Shown one piece after another: positions 40,101 to 48,339 of a stretch of DNA of 64,000 nucleotides. A model generated the notes under the pieces. That model did not search any database and was not told where the DNA came from. It saw only the letters and a list, made by a program, of their open reading frames with translations. The translations under genes and the position numbers were made by a program. The DNA comes from Pseudomonadota bacterium (lineage in GTDB: Bacteria > Pseudomonadota > Gammaproteobacteria > Thiotrichales > Thiotrichaceae). Position 1 is the stretch's first letter. Each line of letters opens with the position of its first letter. Location of the stretch: contig PDPH01000052.1 of assembly GCA_002747435.1 (NCBI GenBank), forward strand, positions 4,416-68,415, in the 5' to 3' direction.

Positions 40101-40249
40101 CAGTGACTCCTGCTCCTGTATGCGCTATTGATTGCTTATATAGAGGTGTGCCGCACAATCGTATGTTATTTATGGCATTGAATCCAGCTTATCAGGCTGG
40201 TTTACAGCACTCACTCATAGTAAGGTGTATCTAGCAAAGAGCGAATAAT

Positions 40250-40594
40250 ATGGAAAACAAACATCAAGCTATCTATACCATTGTGAAACAAATACCTGTG
40301 GGTTATGTTGCCACTTATGGCGATGTCGCGGCATGGGCGGGCTTACCCGGGCACGCTAGATTAGTGGGTTATGCTTTGCATGCACTGCCTCAAGACAGCG
40401 ATGTGCCTTGGCAACGGGTTGTGAATGCTAAAGGTGGTATTAGTTTAGGCCGCGCCTACCCCGGAGGTGAGCTGCGGCAAAGGCGTTTGCTGGAGGGAGA
40501 AGGGATTGTGTTTAACCTGAATGGCCGCATTAATTTACGAGTTTTTCGCTGGTCTCCACCAGATAGCGAAACTACATCAACTCATATCGGCTAA
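40250..40594 (+). CDS. Alkyltransferase-like (ATL) protein, MGMT-family DNA-binding domain without the acceptor Cys
   Basis: IPVGYVATYGDVA HTH region. The active-site position reads VPWQRVV instead of PCHRV. Confidence 0.8.
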   Translation: MENKHQAIYTIVKQIPVGYVATYGDVAAWAGLPGHARLVGYALHALPQDSDVPWQRVVNAKGGISLGRAYPGGELRQRRLLEGEGIVFNLNGRINLRVFRWSPPDSETTSTHIG

Positions 40595-40724
40595 GCTTAC
40601 ATTCCCTTTCAAGCTACCTTTTTATAGTTAAGACAGGGTGATTTTTCGCAATGCATACGCCTAAGTGCGCGTTATACTGCGCGCTGTAATTAAATCCCGA
40701 GTAAATTAATAAGGAATACAGGTC

Positions 40725-41717
40725 ATGAATCAAGTTGCTGCTACTGACCCAACACGCAAGCATGAACATCTCCCGCGTCTGGCGCATCTGCCAATAGCGT
40801 TCTTCTCCATTATTATGGGGCTAGCGGGTTTAACCCTAGGATGGGACAAGGCTGCTGTTATTTTAGGTAAGCCTCTGTATATAGGCGATATTCTGGCAAT
40901 AGTTACACCCATTGTTTTTCTAGTGGTTGCGACACTTTACTTGAGCAAACGGTTAAAATACCCTCAAGCTGTTAAAGCTGATTTGGGTCATCCAATCAAA
41001 CTGGCTTTCTTCCCCGCGATTTCCATCAGTTTATTATTGATTGCAACGACCCTAGTACATCGTTTGCCTGCCATAGCTGAAGTCATTTGGATGGTGGGCG
41101 CGGCCTTGCATTTGGTTTTAACGTTGTATGTGATTAGTTCTTGGATGCACCATCCGCACTATAAAGTACAACACATGAGTCCCGCTTGGTTTATTCCTGC
41201 GGTTGGTAATGTATTAGTGCCGGTTGCAGGTGTCGCATTAGGCTATTCGCACATATCTTGGTTTTTCTTTAGCATTGGCATGATGTTTTGGGTGATTTTA
41301 TTTACAATCGTGTTTTATCGGGTATTGTTTCATGATCCTTTACCTGCTCGCATGATCCCTACCTTTTTTATCCTAATTGCACCGCCTGCGGTTGGCTTTA
41401 TTGCTTATACACGTTTGGCGGAGAACTTTGACTCCTTTAGTCACTTTCTATACTACGCAGCCTTATTTTTAACTTTGCTGCTATTTGTACAAGTGCGCAT
41501 GTTCACTCGCTTACAATTCTTCCTCTCCTGGTGGGCTTATTCCTTTCCATTGGCCGCGATGACACTAGCCACATTCCTAATGTATGAAATAGATGGTAGT
41601 GCTTTCTTTATGTATTTGGGCTTTAGCTTACTGATTATTTTGACAGCCGTGATTGTCTTATTGCTGGTAAAAACTTTAAATGCCATTCGGCAAAAGGCTA
41701 TTTGTGTAGAGGACTGA
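40725..41717 (+). CDS. TehA/SLAC1 (TDT) family anion channel/transporter
   Basis: 330 aa with about 10 TM helices and a family-like layout (LPIAFFSIIMGLAGL..., FFILIAPPAVG). Confidence 0.78.
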   Translation: MNQVAATDPTRKHEHLPRLAHLPIAFFSIIMGLAGLTLGWDKAAVILGKPLYIGDILAIVTPIVFLVVATLYLSKRLKYPQAVKADLGHPIKLAFFPAISISLLLIATTLVHRLPAIAEVIWMVGAALHLVLTLYVISSWMHHPHYKVQHMSPAWFIPAVGNVLVPVAGVALGYSHISWFFFSIGMMFWVILFTIVFYRVLFHDPLPARMIPTFFILIAPPAVGFIAYTRLAENFDSFSHFLYYAALFLTLLLFVQVRMFTRLQFFLSWWAYSFPLAAMTLATFLMYEIDGSAFFMYLGFSLLIILTAVIVLLLVKTLNAIRQKAICVED

Positions 41718-41789
41718 AGCACTCATGCCGTCAAAAGCCTGTCTTTTATCAATCAGAATATTAACTTGACAAAACCTCCAAACAGGTGT

Positions 41790-41818
41790 TTGACAATTTA
41801 CCATAGTTCTCCTATATT
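41790..41818 (+). promoter_or_regulatory. Near-consensus sigma-70 promoter (TTGACA-N17-TATATT)
   Basis: TTGACA at 41790-41795, a 17-nt spacer, and TATATT at 41813-41818. A second TTGACA lies at 41766-41771. Confidence 0.55.
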
Positions 41819-41830
41819 CAACCCCTTCCC

Positions 41831-41869
41831 AAAAAAGGCAGCCTGTTGTGGCTGCCTTTTTATTTTTTT
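41831..41869 (+). terminator. Strong intrinsic terminator (A-tract/stem/T-tract, potentially bidirectional)
   Basis: aaaaaaggcagcc (41831-41843), loop tgttgt, ggctgcc (41850-41856), then tttttattttttt. Confidence 0.8.
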
Positions 41870-41895
41870 AAGATCATGTGGAGGATTCGCTATTC

Positions 41896-43083
41896 ATGAA
41901 TGCGAATGCTGGAGCCTTGATGCCGACTTATGCCCGTCTTCCCGTTAGCTTTGTCAAAGGCGAAGGCGTAATGCTACAGGACACTGACGGCAAAAATTAT
42001 CTGGATGCTTTATCCGGTATTGCCGTGTGCAATCTAGGGCACGCCCACCCTGCAATCGCAACTGCTTTGGCAGATCAAGCAGGTAAGCTGATACACACCT
42101 CCAACTTATATGAGATTGCTCAGCAACATGAATTGGGCAAGCGCTTGTGCGAACTGGCACAAATGGACAAAGTATTTTTTGGCAACTCGGGCGCGGAAGC
42201 CAATGAGGCGGCTATCAAGCTGGCTCGACTCTATGGACATCGTAAGGGCATAGCGCTGCCTAGCATTGCAGTAATGAGCGATGCTTTCCACGGTCGTACT
42301 CTGGCAACGGTCACCGCAACAGGCAATCCCAAAGTACAAGCCGGTTTTACTCCCTTATTAGAAGGTTTTGTGCGCCTCCCTTATGGCAATGTGGAAGCAG
42401 TCGCTGAGCTGCTGCAAAGTAATCCAAATGTGGTGGCCATGCTGGTCGAGCCTATACAAGGCGAAGGCGGCATACGTATCCCGCCTAATGATTATTTACC
42501 GCGCTTAAGTGCTTTGTGTGAGCAATATGACTGCCTACTCATGCTGGATGAAGTGCAAACTGGCATGGGACGCACCGGGCGCTGGTTCGCCCATCAACAT
42601 AGTGCCATTGTGCCTGATGTCATGACACTCGCAAAAGCACTCGCCAATGGCGTTCCCATCGGTGCTTGCCTAGCGCGTGGCAAAGCAGCGGAGGTATTTG
42701 GTCCTGGTCATCATGGCTCTACGTTTGGCGGTAATCCACTGGCCTGTCGTGCTGCCTTGACCGTATTGGAACTCATGGAACAAGAACAGTGTGTACAGCA
42801 GGCTGCCCGATTGGGCGATTACATGCTGCAACAGTTTCGTATGCAATTACAGGATGTAGCAGGCCTTATTGAAATACGCGGCAAGGGTTTAATGTTGGGC
42901 ATTGAGCTACAAAAAGCGTGTGGCGAACTGGTCAAAATAGCCTTAGCTGAAGGACTGCTCATTAATGTCACTGCGGCCAAGGTTGTGCGTTTACTGCCGC
43001 CACTGATTACGACTCAAGCACAAGCTGATCAAATTATTACAACAACGACTCGAATTATTCGGGATTTCTTGGCTTCTGAATAG
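41896..43083 (+). CDS. argD: Acetylornithine (and/or succinyl-diaminopimelate) aminotransferase
   Basis: Class III PLP aminotransferase motifs (GNSGAEANEAAIKLAR, LDEVQTGMGRTG, TFGGNPL). ATG 41896 has a GGAGGA SD 10 nt upstream. Confidence 0.92.
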   Translation: MNANAGALMPTYARLPVSFVKGEGVMLQDTDGKNYLDALSGIAVCNLGHAHPAIATALADQAGKLIHTSNLYEIAQQHELGKRLCELAQMDKVFFGNSGAEANEAAIKLARLYGHRKGIALPSIAVMSDAFHGRTLATVTATGNPKVQAGFTPLLEGFVRLPYGNVEAVAELLQSNPNVVAMLVEPIQGEGGIRIPPNDYLPRLSALCEQYDCLLMLDEVQTGMGRTGRWFAHQHSAIVPDVMTLAKALANGVPIGACLARGKAAEVFGPGHHGSTFGGNPLACRAALTVLELMEQEQCVQQAARLGDYMLQQFRMQLQDVAGLIEIRGKGLMLGIELQKACGELVKIALAEGLLINVTAAKVVRLLPPLITTQAQADQIITTTTRIIRDFLASE

Positions 43084-43116
43084 AAGCATTGCTAGCGATT
43101 TAAGCGAGATAACATC

Positions 43117-44034
43117 ATGACTGCTGTAAGACACTTTTTGAAACTGGATGATCTCACTCCAGCAGAGCTAATGGCTTTAATTAATCGTGCCATTACGCTA
43201 AAAGCTATGACCAAACGCGGTGAAATGCATCAACCTTTACAAAACCGCACCTTGGCCATGATTTTCGAAAAGGCGTCAACTCGTACCCGCGTTTCCTTTG
43301 AAACCGGCATGGCACAACTCGGTGGTCATGCTCTGTTTTTATCCCCCAATGACACGCAATTGGGACGTGGCGAGCCGATAGAAGATTCTGCACGAGTTAT
43401 TTCACGCATGGTCGATATGGTAATGATCCGTACCTTTGAACAAGAAAAGCTGGAACGCTTTGCTGAATATTCGCGCGTACCCGTCATTAATGCGCTGACA
43501 GACCGCTTTCACCCCTGCCAACTGTTAGCGGATATGCAAACCTGGATAGAGCAACGCGGCCACCCAAAAGGAAAAACCGTTGCCTGGATTGGTGATGGCA
43601 ATAATATGTGCCACTCTTGGATGAATGCTGCCCGTTTGTTTGATTTTAATTTACGCATAGCTTGTCCGCCCAATTATGGCCCGGACAGTGCTATTAGTGA
43701 GCTTAACCGTGATTATATACAATTCTTCCCTGATCCCAATGAGGCCATTCAAGCTGTTGATGTCGTCATCACAGATACTTGGGCCAGTATGGGGCAAGAA
43801 AGTGAAAAGAAAGCTCGTGAGCAAGCCTTTGCTGCTTATCAAGTCACTCGGGCTATGATGGCAAAAGCTCATCCTGATGCCCTTTTCATGCACTGTCTTC
43901 CCGCGTACCGAGGCATGGAAGTCGCAGCGGATGTGATTGATGGCCCACAAAGCGTCGTTTGGGATGAAGCTGAAAACCGTTTACACGCCCAAAAAGCTTT
44001 GCTGGAAGCTTTGTTATTAGGTTTTGAAGATTAA
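43117..44034 (+). CDS. argF: Ornithine carbamoyltransferase
   Basis: [13 protein letters not shown] and HCLPA motifs. Confidence 0.95.
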   Translation: MTAVRHFLKLDDLTPAELMALINRAITLKAMTKRGEMHQPLQNRTLAMIFEKASTRTRVSFETGMAQLGGHALFLSPNDTQLGRGEPIEDSARVISRMVDMVMIRTFEQEKLERFAEYSRVPVINALTDRFHPCQLLADMQTWIEQRGHPKGKTVAWIGDGNNMCHSWMNAARLFDFNLRIACPPNYGPDSAISELNRDYIQFFPDPNEAIQAVDVVITDTWASMGQESEKKAREQAFAAYQVTRAMMAKAHPDALFMHCLPAYRGMEVAADVIDGPQSVVWDEAENRLHAQKALLEALLLGFED

Positions 44035-44047
44035 GGACGACTGACTT

Positions 44048-44824
44048 ATGCGAGTGATTACAGCCAATGTAAACGGTATTCGCTCAGCGGCTAAAAAAGG
44101 CTTTTTTGACTGGCTACAAACCCAACAAGCCGATGTGGTTTGCATACAGGAAACTAAGGCGCAGCGTCATCAACTGGAAGAACATCACGAATTATTCTTC
44201 CCCGCAGGCTACCATTGCTACTACCACGATGCACAAAAGAAAGGCTATAGCGGTGTCGCCCTGTATAGCCGCCAACAGCCCGAGGCTGTAATTATTGGCA
44301 TGGGACACGAGGAATTTGATGCTGAAGGGCGTTATATCGAGGCACGCTTTGGCAACTTAAGTATCGCTTCTTTGTACTTACCTTCTGGCTCGGCCAAAGA
44401 AGAGCGTCAACAGGTCAAATACCGTTGCATGGATTTTTTTGAAAATGTGATGCAGCGTTTTCACAGCGAACAGCGTGAAGCTATTATCTGTGGTGATTGG
44501 AATATCGCGCATAAAAATGCAGATATTCGCAACTGGAAAAGCAATCAGAAAAGTTCGGGCTTTTTGCCTGAGGAACGGGCGTGGCTGGATAAACTATTTT
44601 ATGAATGGGGATTTGTCGATGCCTTCCGCGAGCTAGAGCAAGCTGAACATGAATATACTTGGTGGTCTAACCGTGGGCGAGCTTGGGAAAAGAATGTAGG
44701 CTGGCGTATTGACTACCATATTCTTAGCAAAGGGCTGAAAGGCAAGGTACAAAAAACACATATTTATAAAGATAAGCGTTTTTCCGATCATGCCCCACTA
44801 ATTATTGATTATGCGCTGCCATGA
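44048..44824 (+). CDS. xthA: Exodeoxyribonuclease III
   Basis: MRVITANVNGIRSA...VVCIQETK...SDHAPL EEP-family motifs. Confidence 0.93.
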   Translation: MRVITANVNGIRSAAKKGFFDWLQTQQADVVCIQETKAQRHQLEEHHELFFPAGYHCYYHDAQKKGYSGVALYSRQQPEAVIIGMGHEEFDAEGRYIEARFGNLSIASLYLPSGSAKEERQQVKYRCMDFFENVMQRFHSEQREAIICGDWNIAHKNADIRNWKSNQKSSGFLPEERAWLDKLFYEWGFVDAFRELEQAEHEYTWWSNRGRAWEKNVGWRIDYHILSKGLKGKVQKTHIYKDKRFSDHAPLIIDYALP

Positions 44825-45717
44825 GCCATCAAGCGCGTGCATACGGGTTGGGACTAACTGCTGTTTTGTGCTGGTCGACTGTTGCAGTCGCCTTTAAGCT
44901 CGCCTTACAAGATTTAAGTCCAGCACAATTGCTATTGCTGGCCAGTCTTACCTCAACTGGTGTATTGGGGATTATTCTAGCTGTGCAAGGCACATTACCC
45001 AAACTACGCCAATTGGATCAAGCAACATGGCGCACCTCCATCCTGTTTGGCGCACTCAATCCCTTTATTTATTACCTGATTCTGTTCAAAGCCTATGCAC
45101 TATTACCAGCACAAGAAGCACAAGCCATTAATTATACTTGGGCTTTGAGCATGAGCTTGCTCGCCCTACCCTTGCTCAAACATCGCTTGCATACGCAAGA
45201 TATAATGGCAGCCTTGCTATGTTATTCGGGTGTATTGATCATTGCCACTCGAGGCCATCCGGGCAGCTTCCAATTCAGTAATGCACTAGGGGTAGGCTTA
45301 GCCTTATTAAGTACACTCATCTGGGCTTTATATTGGATATTAAATACCCGTGATCAGCGTCCGCCCATCGTAGGCTTATACCTAAACTTCCTCTGTTCAT
45401 TGCCGCTGATTAGTGTGTATTGCTTATTCACTGGCGAATTATACACCCTCAACTGGCAGGGATTGCCCACCGCTTTATATGTTGGCGTATTTGAAATGGG
45501 CTTGACCTTTGTGCTTTGGCTCAACGCCATGAAATATACTCAAAGCACTGCCAAAATTGCAAACCTCATTTTCCTTTCCCCTTTTCTGTCATTAATTTTT
45601 ATACGAGTTTTTCTAGGGGAAGCCATTCTGCCCTCTACCTTATGGGGCTTGGCTTTGATTTTATCAGGCTTAGGAATACAGCAATTGAGCAAGAAAAAAC
45701 AAGCTAAGCACGCTTAG
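44821..45717 (+). CDS. EamA/DMT-family transporter
   Basis: 10-TM protein with two EamA repeats. ATGA overlap with the xthA stop. Confidence 0.82.
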   Translation: MSHQARAYGLGLTAVLCWSTVAVAFKLALQDLSPAQLLLLASLTSTGVLGIILAVQGTLPKLRQLDQATWRTSILFGALNPFIYYLILFKAYALLPAQEAQAINYTWALSMSLLALPLLKHRLHTQDIMAALLCYSGVLIIATRGHPGSFQFSNALGVGLALLSTLIWALYWILNTRDQRPPIVGLYLNFLCSLPLISVYCLFTGELYTLNWQGLPTALYVGVFEMGLTFVLWLNAMKYTQSTAKIANLIFLSPFLSLIFIRVFLGEAILPSTLWGLALILSGLGIQQLSKKKQAKHA

Positions 45718-45725
45718 GAGCCTGT

Positions 45726-45869
45726 TTAAGATCTTCTCAGCAAGCGTGTTAAAAATGTCAAGTGTACAAAACTCAAACTGGTGTTGAGCTTACGTTCGGC
45801 GTTCTTCCAAAGCCTCCTGTATTTTTTTAACCATCTAAAGGAACGTTCAACCACCCAACGCTGATGTGG
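45726..45869 (-). pseudogene. C-terminal remnant of an IS5-family (DDE_Tnp_1) transposase
   Basis: The minus-strand translation PHQRWVVERSFRWLKKYRRLWKNAERKLNTSLSFVHLTFLTRLLRRS* matches the conserved RWVVER-F-WL---RRL---(Y)E C-terminal block of IS5/IS4 transposases. Only 47 codons remain, preceded by an in-frame TAA. Confidence 0.75.
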
Positions 45870-45923
45870 TTATCCCATGAAGTATTACACAAAAGACTGC
45901 TCTTTGCTTACATCGAACTCAGG

Positions 45924-47870
45924 TTAATTAGCCACTTCTGCCAGAATTTCGCTTTTCACATACTGCTTAAATGTATTCACCGATGTAAAACACCGAAATC
46001 CGGCTTGATTCGCCAACGCAATAGTATCGTTGTCCTCATTCAGCAGCACTGCTACCGGTTGACTCAGTTCTTCCTGTAATCCACTTGACCATACCAAATC
46101 AAACACCGCCAGTTGTTGACCACTTTGCGAATCGCTGTAGTCATACGACAATATTCCGGCAGGCAAACCTTGTTCTTGTACCCATTGGTTGAGCATCAAC
46201 AATGCTTGTTCTTCCACTTCATCGCTAATGCCGCCCTTGACTGTGATGGTAGCGGGAGGTTCAACATGGCGTCCTTCCATCCACTGAGTATCACCATGCA
46301 GTAATGAAAGCATTCGCTTATTGGCTTCTTCTGCCAGCAACGCCTTACGCGCTTCGAGAAAATCGAGGTAATTTTCCAGTTTCCATAGGTTTTCATCCAT
46401 TGGAATCCACTGCGAAGCTAGCGCACCGGTATGACGTGATTCAACTTCAACAAAATAATCCGATGGATATTTGTCACGGATATTGAGGTTGGTGTCTTTA
46501 GTCAGGAAACAGAAGTTTGCCAGTGCATTGACTTCATTTTTACGGTAGTTGGTTTTGTAAAGTCGTGCTTTGGGGAAAATATGATGCACTTCAAGGCTGC
46601 TCATTTTACCAAGTAGGTTGGCTTTCAACGGTAAACCCGTTCCCCAATCTCGTGCTTCACCCATACGAGTCAACATGTACAGCACCGGATAGAACCGAGC
46701 ACCCAGACTCCAACCATCAAAGTGCCCCGACTCTATGGCAAGGCCGCCATGCCACAGGCGTAAAGCTTCCAGCAAACCATTCACACCCTCACCATTTTCC
46801 AGAACGCTTAAATCTTTGTCGATGTAGGATTCAGTAGAACCGGAAAAACGCCCCCACATACCGGCTTGAGCAAACCAGAACAACAATTTGTCACGCTCGA
46901 TTTCATCCAACGTACCACCATGCTGATCCAGATAACGTACCATTACCGGTATGGCGAAACGCCCAAACAATACGCGGTCGTGATCTAGCCCTAAACGACC
47001 GGCAATCATGTTAAGGCTAACATCAATGTACTGAGCCGCTCGTTTCAAACCATCCTGAATATCGGGTGCCTCCTTGTCGTGTAGGTACTGAAACTTAGCT
47101 TTTCCTGTGAGTACCGTGTTAACGGAACGCAAAAGCCAATCCAGATTGAAATCATACCCGGCTGAATGCCATTCCTGTAAAGCGGCTTTCATTTGATTAC
47201 GGGCTTCCGGCCATTCTGCACAGATTTTTGCAAGTGCAAGGTCGCCTTTAGAAAGTTTCGTACCACCACTGTTAACACGGTTGAAGATGTCAACCACGAC
47301 ATCCAGCGTTTTGTCCTTACCACTGACTTCTTCTATGTGTAAGTCAATATCAAGGATAGCAAGCAGGGTACCTAAACGTGCAACATAATCCCCGACTTTG
47401 GGAGCCAATTCAGGTTGTGCAGTAATTGCTGTGATGAACTCCCCCATACCAGCATTGCCTTTCTGCATGACTGCTGTGACATCCACCCAAAGCGGGTCAT
47501 CCTGCATCTTGATCGGTTGCCAGAACTCGAAGACTTCGGTTTCCAAATTGAAGCGCAAGCTGGTAAATGCTGTTCTATTGCCATCGAAAAATTTAGGCGG
47601 TTGACCACGTACCACGCCATAAAGTGAAGTCATACGCTGCTGACCATCCAGTAGCAGCTTGACAATACCAGCAGCTAACTTTTGATTGCCTCGATATTCT
47701 GCTTCAACAGATTCGGTTGCCCATACCAGCAAACCACCTACCGGGTGACGACGATACAGGGAGCTAAATAAACCACGTACCTGTTCTTTTCCCCAGACGT
47801 AGCCGCGTTGGAATTCGGGTAAAGCCATGTGACCACTGTCGATATGGTCGAGGATAGTGGAAATTTTCAT
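45924..47870 (-). CDS. DUF262/DUF1524 fusion nuclease (GmrSD-like type IV restriction family) with an extra C-terminal domain
   Basis: N-terminal LPEFQRGYVW and LLDGQQRMTSL (DUF262/ParB-like). EVHHIFPKA...NALANFCFLTKDTN (DUF1524 His-Me finger). The C-terminal ~120 aa are unassigned. SD GAGGGTGAA precedes the ATG. Confidence 0.85.
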   Translation of the reverse strand: MKISTILDHIDSGHMALPEFQRGYVWGKEQVRGLFSSLYRRHPVGGLLVWATESVEAEYRGNQKLAAGIVKLLLDGQQRMTSLYGVVRGQPPKFFDGNRTAFTSLRFNLETEVFEFWQPIKMQDDPLWVDVTAVMQKGNAGMGEFITAITAQPELAPKVGDYVARLGTLLAILDIDLHIEEVSGKDKTLDVVVDIFNRVNSGGTKLSKGDLALAKICAEWPEARNQMKAALQEWHSAGYDFNLDWLLRSVNTVLTGKAKFQYLHDKEAPDIQDGLKRAAQYIDVSLNMIAGRLGLDHDRVLFGRFAIPVMVRYLDQHGGTLDEIERDKLLFWFAQAGMWGRFSGSTESYIDKDLSVLENGEGVNGLLEALRLWHGGLAIESGHFDGWSLGARFYPVLYMLTRMGEARDWGTGLPLKANLLGKMSSLEVHHIFPKARLYKTNYRKNEVNALANFCFLTKDTNLNIRDKYPSDYFVEVESRHTGALASQWIPMDENLWKLENYLDFLEARKALLAEEANKRMLSLLHGDTQWMEGRHVEPPATITVKGGISDEVEEQALLMLNQWVQEQGLPAGILSYDYSDSQSGQQLAVFDLVWSSGLQEELSQPVAVLLNEDNDTIALANQAGFRCFTSVNTFKQYVKSEILAEVAN

Positions 47871-48033
47871 GATACGTTCACCCTCAGTTCCTTGTATTCG
47901 TCACTTGGATGAATATCTGGCAGAAAAGTAAGTGGTAAATTTTTCAGCACCATGATTTTGTCCCCTGAAAGTCGCAAGAATAGCGTTATCGGTTAGAATT
48001 CTAGCAAATGATGGCTGAGTGAGAAAGACATTC

Positions 48034-48071
48034 TGAAACCAGTTTCATAAACCAAGTGAAACAAGTTTCAC
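48034..48071. promoter_or_regulatory. Two adjacent palindromes TGAAAC-N2-GTTTCA (candidate operator pair)
   Basis: tgaaaccagtttca (48034-48047) and gtgaaacaagtttcac (48056-48071), centres 23 bp apart, in the 470-bp non-coding gap between the DUF262 gene and the phosphatase gene. Confidence 0.45.
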
Positions 48072-48339
48072 ACTACAAAAGGGCTACGATACCGGTAAGA
48101 ATGTATCGGGCATTAAGTGTCCTATTGCGGTGTTCATCTGGCATTTTTAGTGTTATTGCTGAAAAGATCTTAAAAAGACTCTTAGGCGTCAGTTTACATC
48201 CGTTTTGTAAGGACGGACATCGCTGTCATAGCGTTAAGTAAAATTTACTTTATCTGCTTTAGAAACATCGAATTTAAAGCATAGACGTACTATGATAGAC
48301 GGTCATAGCATATTTCCCATTACTAAATCTATTAAATAA

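Noticed and set aside
41766-41948. 60-aa track ORF spanning the argD leader
   Set aside because: It runs through the promoter and terminator hairpin and into argD in another frame. It is Cys/Phe-rich junk sequence.
48056-48241. 61-aa track ORF in the gap upstream of the phosphatase gene
   Set aside because: It has a GTG/alternative start with no SD, starts inside the palindrome pair and matches no family. It is treated as non-coding.
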